A DNA stretch of 34,962 bases from a virus: the IMG/VR virus record IMGVR_UViG_3300012348_000038, one strand, 5' to 3'. Positions 25,850 to 33,285 of the stretch are shown in pieces (the stretch's first letter is position 1; the number at the start of each line of letters is the position of its first letter). Under the pieces are notes generated by a model. The model did not search any database, was not told the DNA's origin, and worked only from the letters and a program-made list of their open reading frames with translations. Position numbers and translations under genes: made by a program.

Positions 25850-26361
25850 TGTTTGTTACTTATAAAATATCTTGCAAAGGAAATAATAAAAATTATTATG
25901 GGTCTACTAATCATTTTCCTCGCAGGAAAAGCCAGCATTTGCATTATTTAAGAAATAATTTGCACGTTAATAAGCACCTTCAAAATGCTTATAATTTATA
26001 TGGTGAAGACCTTTTTACTTTTGATGTATTAAATAATTTTGATACAAAAGAAGAAATGGAAAATGCAGAGCAAGTTCTTATTGATACATATTTAGATGTG
26101 TCATTTAATAAATCTAAATCTGCTAAATCTCCACAATTATTTGGTGAACAAAATGGTTTCTTTGGTAAAAAACATACTCAAGAAACAAAAGATAAAATAA
26201 GTGCAGTTCATAAAGGTAAGCGCAATTGGAGAGCAAAGGTTGTGATTACAGATAAGGGTATTTATACATCTATTGATATGGCTTGCAAATACCATGATAT
26301 ACAAAAGTCAACATACTATAGACGATTAAATCGTGGTGTTAGCAACTGGATTATTATTTAA
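25849..26361 (+). CDS. GIY-YIG homing endonuclease (free-standing)
   Basis: Motifs TYKISC..NKNYYGST, RRKSQH, NKHLQNAYNLYG, a conserved Glu region, a NUMOD3-like FGKKHTQETKDKIS and a C-terminal HTH-like segment. Visibly more AT-rich than its flanks. Confidence 0.8.
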   Translation: MFVTYKISCKGNNKNYYGSTNHFPRRKSQHLHYLRNNLHVNKHLQNAYNLYGEDLFTFDVLNNFDTKEEMENAEQVLIDTYLDVSFNKSKSAKSPQLFGEQNGFFGKKHTQETKDKISAVHKGKRNWRAKVVITDKGIYTSIDMACKYHDIQKSTYYRRLNRGVSNWIII

Positions 26362-26373
26362 AAGGAAACTAAT

Positions 26374-26871
26374 ATGTTATCTATTATCTCAGGCCTATTA
26401 GGCATAGGCTCATCAGCACTACCAAGTATCTTAGGATTCTTTCAGCAGAAGGGAGACCAGAAGCATGAGATGGCTATGGCTCGTTTGCAGACAGAACGTG
26501 AAGCAGCTATGGCTGCTGCTGGCTTTGCATCACAAGAAAAGATTGAAGCTATTAAGTTGGATGAGATTGAAGTGCAGACTTATGCACAAGAGCGTGAGGC
26601 TTTGTATACTCACGACATGAAGATGATGGACAAGGCGTCACAGTCTGTCGTTGATATGAACGCTAGGGTTCGCCCATTGATTGCGTTTACCTTTGTTGGC
26701 TTGCTAGTGCTAGTGGACTTGGCTGGTCTTGCATGGGCAATCTACACTGGCGTCGAGTTTACTACTGCCATGAACTTAGTATTCTCTGACGACGAGATGG
26801 CTATTGTGTCTAGTATAATTGGTTTCTACTTTGGTTCACGCCAATGGGAAAAGCATCGTGAAGGCAAGTAA
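26374..26871 (+). CDS. Holin (multi-TM, GTA/3TM-holin-like)
   Basis: Hydrophobic N-terminus, a charged helical middle and C-terminal TM segments (PLIAFTFVGLLVLVDLAGLAWAIY). Lies immediately upstream of the endolysin. Confidence 0.6.
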   Translation: MLSIISGLLGIGSSALPSILGFFQQKGDQKHEMAMARLQTEREAAMAAAGFASQEKIEAIKLDEIEVQTYAQEREALYTHDMKMMDKASQSVVDMNARVRPLIAFTFVGLLVLVDLAGLAWAIYTGVEFTTAMNLVFSDDEMAIVSSIIGFYFGSRQWEKHREGK

Positions 26872-27355
26872 AGAACTATTTAAATTATTGCGCCACCACG
26901 AGGGTGTTCGATACAAACCGTATCAATGCCCTGCTAAGTTGTGGACAATTGGTGTTGGTAGTGTATTATACCCAGAGCAAGCTAAGATACCATCAAGTAT
27001 AGAAGGCATGGCTAGGCGTAAAGCGTGGCCAGTTAAGCCTGAAGACAATCGTAAGTGGAGCGAAGAAGAAGTTGACAAGTTACTGGCTAAGGATGTCGCC
27101 CGATTTGAACGAGGGCTTGAACGTTATTTACCTATACGACTTTCACAGAATGAATACGATGCTATTCTTAGCTTCTGCTTTAATCTTGGTCTTGGTACAT
27201 TTCAGCGGTCAACCCTCCGTCAGGCGCTTTTGCGTGGGGATAAAGAGACGGCTATACAAAGTCTACTTAAGTATAACAAGGCAGGTGGCAAAGTGCTAAA
27301 AGGTTTAGATAACAGACGTAAAGATGAGGCCGCGTTGTTTCGCAGAGAACAATGA
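26858..27355 (+). CDS. Endolysin, GH24 (T4/lambda-type lysozyme)
   Basis: LLRHHEGVRYKPYQCPAKLWTIGVGS carries the catalytic Glu motif. The track start at 26819 is TTG. GTG 26858 is a shorter alternative, so the start is uncertain. Confidence 0.85.
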   Translation: MKASKELFKLLRHHEGVRYKPYQCPAKLWTIGVGSVLYPEQAKIPSSIEGMARRKAWPVKPEDNRKWSEEEVDKLLAKDVARFERGLERYLPIRLSQNEYDAILSFCFNLGLGTFQRSTLRQALLRGDKETAIQSLLKYNKAGGKVLKGLDNRRKDEAALFRREQ

Positions 27356-28113
27356 CAGTACATTTGGTGTTGCCTGACGTTCAAGCCAAGGATGGGAATG
27401 ACTTTACTTTCCTAAAATGTCTTGGAAATTTTATTGTAGAAAAACAGCCCGACGTTATTGTGTGCATAGGAGACTTTGCAGACATGGAAAGTTTAAGCAC
27501 GTATGACAGGGGAATGAAGTCGTTTGAGGGGCGTAGGTACACCAAGGATTTATTTGCAGCCAGAGACGCAATGGATGCCCTTCTTACCCCATTGTTTCGC
27601 TACAATAAGACAGCAAAGCACAACAAACACAAGCAATATAAACCTAGGATGGTTCTCACTCTAGGCAATCACGAGAATAGAATTAACAGAGCTATCAATG
27701 AGGATAGCAAACTTGAAGGGCTGATGTCTACAGATGACTTACCGTATCAAGACTGGGAAGTTATACCATTCCTAGATGTCATCGTTATTGATGGCATTGC
27801 TTATAGTCACTACTTTACTTCTGGCGTCATGGGCAGACCTATCACTACTGCTCAAGCATTGCTTACGAAGAAGCACATGAGTTGTTTTGCTGGCCACCAA
27901 CAAGGCAGACAGATTGCTTACGGCAAACGGGCAGACGGAACTGAGATGACCTCGATAATATGTGGGTCTTGCTACGAGCATGATGAAGATTATCTAGGCG
28001 CTCAAGGCAATCAGCATTACCGTGGCTTCTATGTGTTGCATGATGTCAAGGATGGTTCGTTCGATGAGATGGCAGTATCAATTAAGTTCCTTAAAGAAAG
28101 GTATAACTACTGA
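27352..28113 (+). CDS. Calcineurin-like metallophosphoesterase
   Basis: Motifs IGDFAD, LGNHENR, SHY and AGHQQG appear in canonical order. Confidence 0.75.
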   Translation: MTVHLVLPDVQAKDGNDFTFLKCLGNFIVEKQPDVIVCIGDFADMESLSTYDRGMKSFEGRRYTKDLFAARDAMDALLTPLFRYNKTAKHNKHKQYKPRMVLTLGNHENRINRAINEDSKLEGLMSTDDLPYQDWEVIPFLDVIVIDGIAYSHYFTSGVMGRPITTAQALLTKKHMSCFAGHQQGRQIAYGKRADGTEMTSIICGSCYEHDEDYLGAQGNQHYRGFYVLHDVKDGSFDEMAVSIKFLKERYNY

Positions 28114-28298
28114 TGGCCTACCAACAAGATGATGACTCAATGGTTGACGTTTGCAATAGACTGCTTGGCTCAGAGATAGAGGAAATAGAAGTCGATGCTG
28201 ATGAGCAAACTGTTTACATACACACCAGCACCGGGATGATTAAGATTAACGGTGAAGACTTATCTATGTGGGTAGAGTGCGAACGATACGCAAGCTAG
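28113..28298 (+). CDS. Hypothetical acidic protein (61 aa), last gene of the plus block
   Basis: ORF-track ORF with ATGA-type coupling. Its stop overlaps the stop of the convergent minus-strand gene. Confidence 0.5.
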   Translation: MAYQQDDDSMVDVCNRLLGSEIEEIEVDADEQTVYIHTSTGMIKINGEDLSMWVECERYAS

Positions 28299-28519
28299 GG
28301 TAACTCACCGCCATTAATATCTATATGGCCTTCATCCCAATTCAATGGGCAGCCAGTCCAGCCACACTCTTTAGTTGATGCAAGGCTCTTGCCACACACA
28401 TCACAGATAGGGTCTTTCTTTTTCTTGCCCCATATCAAATCGTAGTTATCTTCGTATTGCTTGTTATTCTTGCGTGACAGTATTGCATCGCCAGTAATTT
28501 CATTCGTTGTTGTTACCAT
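28295..28519 (-). CDS. Small Cys-containing (zinc-ribbon-like) protein, 74 aa
   Basis: I prefer the ATG at 28519 (GGAG SD) over the track start at 28588. Motif CDVCGKSLASTKECGWTGC. Confidence 0.5.
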   Translation of the reverse strand: MVTTTNEITGDAILSRKNNKQYEDNYDLIWGKKKKDPICDVCGKSLASTKECGWTGCPLNWDEGHIDINGGELP

Positions 28520-28622
28520 AATATCTCCTACAAATTCATGGTTTTCTCTATTGTTTGTCTTTAATATTAAGCAGACTATTACATACAAGCAATCTTGCTT
28601 TGAACAGATTAAGGACTATATC

Positions 28623-28694
28623 ATGTGGACATCACCATCAGCTACAGAAATGCGCTTTGGCTTTGAAGTAACTCTCTATGTTATGAATCGCTAG
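28623..28694 (+). CDS. pqqA: PqqA-like peptide (pyrroloquinoline quinone precursor), 23 aa
   Basis: Translates to MWTSPSATEMRFGFEVTLYVMNR. It has the same length and spacing as bacterial PqqA as I recall them (for example [23 protein letters not shown] and [23 protein letters not shown]), including the Glu-x3-Tyr pair that becomes PQQ. SD AAGGA lies 7 nt upstream, and a hairpin follows directly after the stop. Confidence 0.85.
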   Translation: MWTSPSATEMRFGFEVTLYVMNR

Positions 28695-28710
28695 TAACAT
28701 ATAAGTTACT
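28693..28710 (+). promoter_or_regulatory. Perfect inverted repeat AGTAAC-atataa-GTTACT overlapping the pqqA stop codon
   Basis: 6-bp stem with a 6-nt loop. It contains the first of three GTAACATA copies (28694, 28728, 28796). Confidence 0.5.
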
Positions 28711-28746
28711 ATGCACGTAATGAACAAGTAACATATTTGTTATATA

Positions 28747-28777
28747 GGATGGCGACTGCTAACCCGGTTGCCATTCC
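28747..28777. other. Bulged 7-bp hairpin GGATGGC ... GCCATTCC with a central AACCCGGTT palindrome
   Basis: Seen in the sequence. No T-run follows on either strand. Confidence 0.35.
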
Positions 28778-28811
28778 TAAAGCAAACGCTTCTTTGTAAC
28801 ATAATATGTAT

Positions 28812-29012
28812 TCAATCGTGTACATGTTTAAACTTACATCCCTCACATCGGACATCTATTATATCTTGTTTTGAGTATTGGCAATCCCTAGTAAATATGT
28901 AAGGCCATGATGTCTTGCCGTCGCTATGATACACAGTATCGTGCTGGCATCTGTCAGGAACTACGTCGCTGTGGCATCCATTCATATTATTTCCCTGATA
29001 ATTTTTTTGCAT
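28812..29012 (-). CDS. Cys/His-rich small protein (66 aa)
   Basis: ORF-track ORF with the pattern CHSD...C.HD...C...CEGCKFKH, suggesting metal binding. Confidence 0.5.
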   Translation of the reverse strand: MQKNYQGNNMNGCHSDVVPDRCQHDTVYHSDGKTSWPYIFTRDCQYSKQDIIDVRCEGCKFKHVHD

Positions 29013-29069
29013 TTTCTTTCATTTTACTTAGTATCAATAGGTAGTAAAGCTCATCCATCTCTGCTGCTG

Positions 29070-29381
29070 TCATGTGTTCTTATCCTTTAATGCTTGTTCA
29101 ATAGCACGGGCATAATCTAATTCGGGTTCTAGTGCATCAGCGCCCCATATTTTCCATGTAATGTTTTGTATTTCATTATCCGTTAATTTTATAAAAAATG
29201 TTGTGCTTTTAATAGCAACCTTAAATCCTTCATAAAAAGATTCAACTGCTAAATGTTTATCTACGGCATTAGCAAACTGTCCTTCATATCTTTTATCTGC
29301 TTCATTGCACATCAACTTAAATTGATTAAGCGTAAGATTGTGATATTCTTTTGCGTGTTTTTTTAATTCAATATCACTCAT
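29070..29381 (-). CDS. Hypothetical protein (103 aa)
   Basis: ORF-track ORF. The C-terminal LTDNEIQNI...ARAIEQALKDKN motif is shared with the upstream neighbour. Confidence 0.55.
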   Translation of the reverse strand: MSDIELKKHAKEYHNLTLNQFKLMCNEADKRYEGQFANAVDKHLAVESFYEGFKVAIKSTTFFIKLTDNEIQNITWKIWGADALEPELDYARAIEQALKDKNT

Positions 29382-29781
29382 AATTTTTATCCTTCAGCAT
29401 ATTTTCAATGCCATTGTAAAAATCTATCCAATTTAATATGCCTCTATTTTTTTCTTCACATTTTTCACCAATAGCACGAACCATGTCATTGGTTAAACCT
29501 TTCCATTCTTTAAACCTTAACAAGTCAATCTCTTTGCGTAAGTATTCAATATAGTCAACACATTCTGCTTTTGACATAGCATCAAAATCACCTAAAGATA
29601 CTGGTTGTTCTAGTGCTTCTTTGCAAGCATTGATTGGTTTAATTAAAAAAGTATCTTTGTGCATATTTAATTCATTTGGACTTACTCCAAATGCAATAAG
29701 CAAACTGCATACTTGATTAATATAATTATCGGCTTGTTCCATTTCTTCAATCGCCATCTTTAATGCTTCGTCTTTAGTCAT
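29374..29781 (-). CDS. Hypothetical protein (135 aa)
   Basis: ORF-track ORF. C-terminal LTNDMVRAIG...IENMLKDKN. Confidence 0.55.
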   Translation of the reverse strand: MTKDEALKMAIEEMEQADNYINQVCSLLIAFGVSPNELNMHKDTFLIKPINACKEALEQPVSLGDFDAMSKAECVDYIEYLRKEIDLLRFKEWKGLTNDMVRAIGEKCEEKNRGILNWIDFYNGIENMLKDKNYE

Positions 29782-29996
29782 ACGCTAGTCCCAAGATAAG
29801 TAGCCTTTACACCATTACTAAACTGCACTTCTACTGCACAGTCTTGCCCTTTAGTAGCGTTAAACAATTTGTATACTCCGTAGCCCATACTCGTCACAGC
29901 AATAAGTAGCAACGTTGCTACAATCACTACGGCTCTATCTCCACTACGGTCACAGTTACAGTTACGGCCTTGGTTGCATTGTTGATTACACGGCAT
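29778..29996 (-). CDS. Small membrane protein with a Cys/Asn/Gln-rich N-terminus (72 aa)
   Basis: MPCNQQCNQGRNCNCD is followed by the TM segment VVIVATLLLIAVTSMGYGVY. Confidence 0.5.
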   Translation of the reverse strand: MPCNQQCNQGRNCNCDRSGDRAVVIVATLLLIAVTSMGYGVYKLFNATKGQDCAVEVQFSNGVKATYLGTSV

Positions 29997-30195
29997 AATG
30001 TAGTTCCTTAATTAGTTGTAGGTAATGTATTGCCTTATCAATGTCTTGCACTCCGTTCTTGTTGGCATGCCTACATACATACTTAATCACATTACCTTCT
30101 AGGAACGGTATATTATTCTTAACGATGAATGTCACTGGCTGTATTGCCATGTCCTTGTAGTGACTGCCACCTTCTTGCGTGTCTAGTGCGCTCAT
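29986..30195 (-). CDS. DUF3310-family protein
   Basis: GGSHYKDMAIQPVTFI...FLEGNVIKYVCRHANKNGVQDIDKAIHYL matches the DUF3310 pattern. Confidence 0.75.
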   Translation of the reverse strand: MSALDTQEGGSHYKDMAIQPVTFIVKNNIPFLEGNVIKYVCRHANKNGVQDIDKAIHYLQLIKELHYAV

Positions 30196-30196
30196 A

Positions 30197-30712
30197 TTAA
30201 ATCAACCCTGATGGAATCATGTTATACATACCGAACGTGCTAGGTATGCCACGGTGTTCTGTCTTACGCTTCTCTTGCTTAAACAACTCAGGCCTTGACT
30301 CAAACATGGCGCTTATCTTTCTCAAGTTTGGATTGGCAGCAATCATGTCATCGTATGGGCCTTTCTCATTTACTTCATAATGGGTGCGCTTATCTTTGCG
30401 AAGTTTAGAGAAGTAACCAGGTGGATATATTCTCTCCAGCTCCTCGACTGTCTTTGGAATAAACGTAATACTTGTATGCTCGTAATGGTTCAGCCTACCT
30501 TGACCCTTCTTAGTAATCTTTGGGGTGATGGCTAGGTGGCCATCTTTAACCAGCGTTGCTAACACATAATAAGCTAGGTCTCTTGATAAGCCAGAGCGCT
30601 TCATTACTTCTTTAGCTGAGATACTTCCGCTTCCAATTACATCCATTACAAGTTTAAATCTAAGCTGGGTATCTAAATTCTTTTTGATTACTGGTCTCAT
30701 CGTGTTCTCCAT
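30197..30712 (-). CDS. Winged-helix DNA-binding protein (171 aa)
   Basis: ISAKEVMKRSGLSRDLAYYVLATLVKDGHL is an HTH. An alternative start at M5 (30700) has a GGAG SD. Confidence 0.55.
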   Translation of the reverse strand: MENTMRPVIKKNLDTQLRFKLVMDVIGSGSISAKEVMKRSGLSRDLAYYVLATLVKDGHLAITPKITKKGQGRLNHYEHTSITFIPKTVEELERIYPPGYFSKLRKDKRTHYEVNEKGPYDDMIAANPNLRKISAMFESRPELFKQEKRKTEHRGIPSTFGMYNMIPSGLI

Positions 30713-30728
30713 AGTGGTTGGGTACTAG

Positions 30729-30751
30729 GTATATACTTTCTATATACTTTT
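30729..30751. repeat. Tandem gtatatacttt/ctatatacttt repeat in an intergenic control region
   Basis: Two adjacent copies of TATATACTTT lie upstream (on the minus strand) of the wHTH gene. Promoter or operator candidate. Confidence 0.4.
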
Positions 30752-30782
30752 CCCCATTATTTAATTGTTAAAACGGTATATG

Positions 30783-31052
30783 CTAGAACGGTATATCCGA
30801 TGCTATCTCGTCAATCGCTTGCTTCTGATAACCGTTAGCCTTAGCGCCTTCTTTAGCGATAGATACTACTGGCTCCGGTTCTGCTAGTTGGCACCAGCCA
30901 TCCCAACCCATTGGGAACAATTCAATCTTTGCTGCTAGGCCACCAGTCTTGGTCTCCATAACAACGCCAACCTTTGTCCAGCGTGTTTTCTTCTCGCCAT
31001 TCTTGTCTTCGTATTCGCCATTCTTTGCTACTAAGTTGTATTTAACTGCCAT
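30783..31052 (-). CDS. Miniature SSB-like protein with a C-terminal ...SDIPF tail
   Basis: 89 aa. YEDKNGEKKTRWTKVGVV is OB-like. The terminal DIPF equals the bacterial SSB C-terminal tip. Lies adjacent to the exonuclease and annealase. Confidence 0.5.
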   Translation of the reverse strand: MAVKYNLVAKNGEYEDKNGEKKTRWTKVGVVMETKTGGLAAKIELFPMGWDGWCQLAEPEPVVSIAKEGAKANGYQKQAIDEIASDIPF

Positions 31053-31677
31053 TTTTATTTCCTTTTAATCGTTGAATTGTTGTTTCTACTTGGTCGTTGA
31101 ACTCTACTGCCTTGCTTTCAACCTCTTTAATATATTCATCATCCCGGTAAACGCGTTTGATAAACAATTGTAAATCCAGTGGGAACTCAGGGCAGTATGA
31201 TACAAAGTCTACCCACTTGGCCCCACTGCATGCCATTTGAAACTGCATCTGTGGCATGTATTTTGTTGGCGCTCTGTCTTCTAGCATTGTCTTAGCGTGT
31301 GTCGTAGCTTTAGGGCATTTGATTTCAATTAACCCTAGCTCGTCATCTTCTTCTACTATGCCATCAGGACTAGCACCACAGAACGGCAACGTTGGATGTT
31401 GCATGAACGCTTCTTGCCTAACAAACACATTGCGCTCCACCTCATACCATGCACGAGCAAATGGTTCTAACTCGATACCGTTGGCCATGTATTGATTGGT
31501 GTAGCCTTCTTCACGCTTGTTATTTAAACGCTCACAGACGAGTTGCATCCTGTAGTCGGCACGACTAGCTGCCTCACCAGTTTTAATCGTTGCCATGACG
31601 TCTGCAATGCGACTGGCAGTGATTTTACCAAGACGTAGCGCATGCCATTCTTCCGTTCCTTGAACTATCTCAGTCAT
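31042..31677 (-). CDS. YqaJ/lambda-Exo-type recombination exonuclease
   Basis: QGTEEWHALRLGKITASRIADVMA plus the later D...E.K nuclease motif (LIEIKCP). Confidence 0.85.
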   Translation of the reverse strand: MTEIVQGTEEWHALRLGKITASRIADVMATIKTGEAASRADYRMQLVCERLNNKREEGYTNQYMANGIELEPFARAWYEVERNVFVRQEAFMQHPTLPFCGASPDGIVEEDDELGLIEIKCPKATTHAKTMLEDRAPTKYMPQMQFQMACSGAKWVDFVSYCPEFPLDLQLFIKRVYRDDEYIKEVESKAVEFNDQVETTIQRLKGNKNGS

Positions 31678-31679
31678 TA

Positions 31680-32027
31680 TCAGCCCCTTTCCACTTTAGT
31701 GATTGTGTATTCAGGAGAAAACGCTTGTTTAATGCTATTAATAACTACTTCATTTGCCTTTAGCATCGCCTGAGCCGAGTTAAAAAATTGTTTTGATGTC
31801 TTTATGTGGACAATATCTTTTAACGCGCTCTCAAGCGTCATGTAATATCTAAACGAACTCCAATTTTCTGCCCCTTTTTTCTGAGACTTAGTATCGGATT
31901 GAGCGATTAACAATTTCTGTAACTGCCAGTTTCTTGGTGACATGATTAAGCGTAAGTCATCATCAACTTGCACATAGCTTTTGCCGCTATCATTTAATTC
32001 AAAATCTACATCGTCATTGTTTTTCAT
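31680..32027 (-). CDS. Hypothetical protein (115 aa)
   Basis: ORF-track ORF, packed in the operon. Confidence 0.55.
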   Translation of the reverse strand: MKNNDDVDFELNDSGKSYVQVDDDLRLIMSPRNWQLQKLLIAQSDTKSQKKGAENWSSFRYYMTLESALKDIVHIKTSKQFFNSAQAMLKANEVVINSIKQAFSPEYTITKVERG

Positions 32028-32167
32028 TTCTTATCCTTCCGTGATACATGTATTGCAAGTAACCACTTATCGCCCATCGCTTCTTTGCAGGCAGCAGCCT
32101 TCTTAGCTAATGCTTCTACTTGTGATGGATGTGGTGCTGATAAACCGTATAATGAATTGATAATCAT
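32024..32167 (-). CDS. Hypothetical small protein (47 aa)
   Basis: I prefer the ATG at 32167 (GGGAGAA SD, 1 nt after the upstream stop) over the track start at 32242, which would overlap the upstream gene by 74 nt. Confidence 0.4.
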   Translation of the reverse strand: MIINSLYGLSAPHPSQVEALAKKAAACKEAMGDKWLLAIHVSRKDKK

Positions 32168-32168
32168 G

Positions 32169-32378
32169 CTATTCTCCCAAGCTGTATTGGGCAACTCGAC
32201 ATGACTCGCCAAACTGGTTTGATACCTTAACAAGTTCAACATTTATTTTGCGCCCTTTCTTCTTCAAGATATGCACACATGATGCTAGTCTATAAATTCC
32301 CAGCTCTGACCACGCTTGTAATGGCGTGATGAATTGCCGAGTGCTTAAGTAATTCTCTAAACGTTCAGGCTGGCTCAT
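32169..32378 (-). CDS. Small winged-HTH protein
   Basis: ITPLQAWSELGIYRLASCVHILKKKGRKI...Y.L matches the phage HTH_39-type pattern. Confidence 0.6.
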   Translation of the reverse strand: MSQPERLENYLSTRQFITPLQAWSELGIYRLASCVHILKKKGRKINVELVKVSNQFGESCRVAQYSLGE

Positions 32379-32977
32379 GCTTTGCTCCCTAGTTTAGCTT
32401 TCATGCTATCTTTGGTTGCAATTACAACGGCCTGCGCTTCTTTATTCTTACCGCATGCTGACAACGATGCTGTGAAATACTCTTGCAACTCGCTCATGGT
32501 TGTAGCTGTTTTAATCTTGTCGACTAATGGGGTAGTGTCAAACTCTACTTGCGGTAGGTCTTCGCCAGCAAAGATGTATAAACCAATACCAAAGCAAGCA
32601 ATACATTTAGCTAGGCATCGCATTGTAGCGTCACTAATCTTACGTGCATCCGGGTTGACAATGGCAGCATTACGATTATCCATGACTGGCAATTGCATAC
32701 GCATAGTCTTGCCAAGCGCTGTTACATTGCAGAACACCATCATTGTGTCGTTATAAACGCGTGGCTCAGGGAACTCCCATACAGCCATTGGGTCTTGCAA
32801 TAGTAGCTGGTCTACAGCCCATGTCCATGATAGATAGGTAAGCTGGCCCTTCTTCTCTGTGTATTTATTAACGTCAATCTCGCGTAATACTTTGTATGTT
32901 GCAGTCGTTTCCATATCGTTCTCCTGTTGTTGTCTTAATTCATCCATTACTTCTGCTTGAAATTGTTGCTCGCTCAT
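32375..32977 (-). CDS. Rad52/Sak-like single-strand annealing protein
   Basis: QLTYLSWTWAVDQLLLQDPMAVWEF ... CFGIGLYIFAGEDLP fits the DUF1071/Sak pattern. Confidence 0.8.
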   Translation of the reverse strand: MSEQQFQAEVMDELRQQQENDMETTATYKVLREIDVNKYTEKKGQLTYLSWTWAVDQLLLQDPMAVWEFPEPRVYNDTMMVFCNVTALGKTMRMQLPVMDNRNAAIVNPDARKISDATMRCLAKCIACFGIGLYIFAGEDLPQVEFDTTPLVDKIKTATTMSELQEYFTASLSACGKNKEAQAVVIATKDSMKAKLGSKA

Positions 32978-33285
32978 TAGTTATCTCCTAGCGCTTCATG
33001 GAATACCCAATTTGCATGCTTGTTTGACTTGTAATTATCCTCAACAAACCTAGCAAATCGGTTTATCTCAGCGTCATATATGTCTCTGATACGGCCCAGC
33101 TTGTCATCATTAGGGTCATAGATTATTTTCTTAACCTTGTCTGATAGCAATTCTGTTTCGTCGATGTAGTCTGTTAGCTTGTCAGCATCAAACTGTAAGA
33201 AGTATTCCACTAAATCTCTGACATAAAACGGATTGTCTTCGTGTTCCGTATAGTCATCTTCAATCCAATCACCAAATACACCCAT
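32977..33285 (-). CDS. Hypothetical acidic protein (about 102 aa), first gene of the right minus-strand operon
   Basis: I prefer the ATG at 33285 (GAGGAAA SD) over the track start at 33330. Confidence 0.5.
   Translation of the reverse strand: MGVFGDWIEDDYTEHEDNPFYVRDLVEYFLQFDADKLTDYIDETELLSDKVKKIIYDPNDDKLGRIRDIYDAEINRFARFVEDNYKSNKHANWVFHEALGDN

Noticed and set aside
27072-27299. Embedded 75-aa alternative-frame ORF in the endolysin gene, as a possible embedded spanin or antiholin.
   Set aside because: It has a TTG start without an SD, and it has no lipobox Cys after its hydrophobic stretch. This is not convincing.
28461-28694. 77-aa track ORF treated as a single gene.
   Set aside because: Only its last 23 codons (from ATG 28623, which has its own SD) correspond to PqqA. 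The upstream part begins with TTG, is antisense to the zinc-ribbon gene, and looks non-protein-like.
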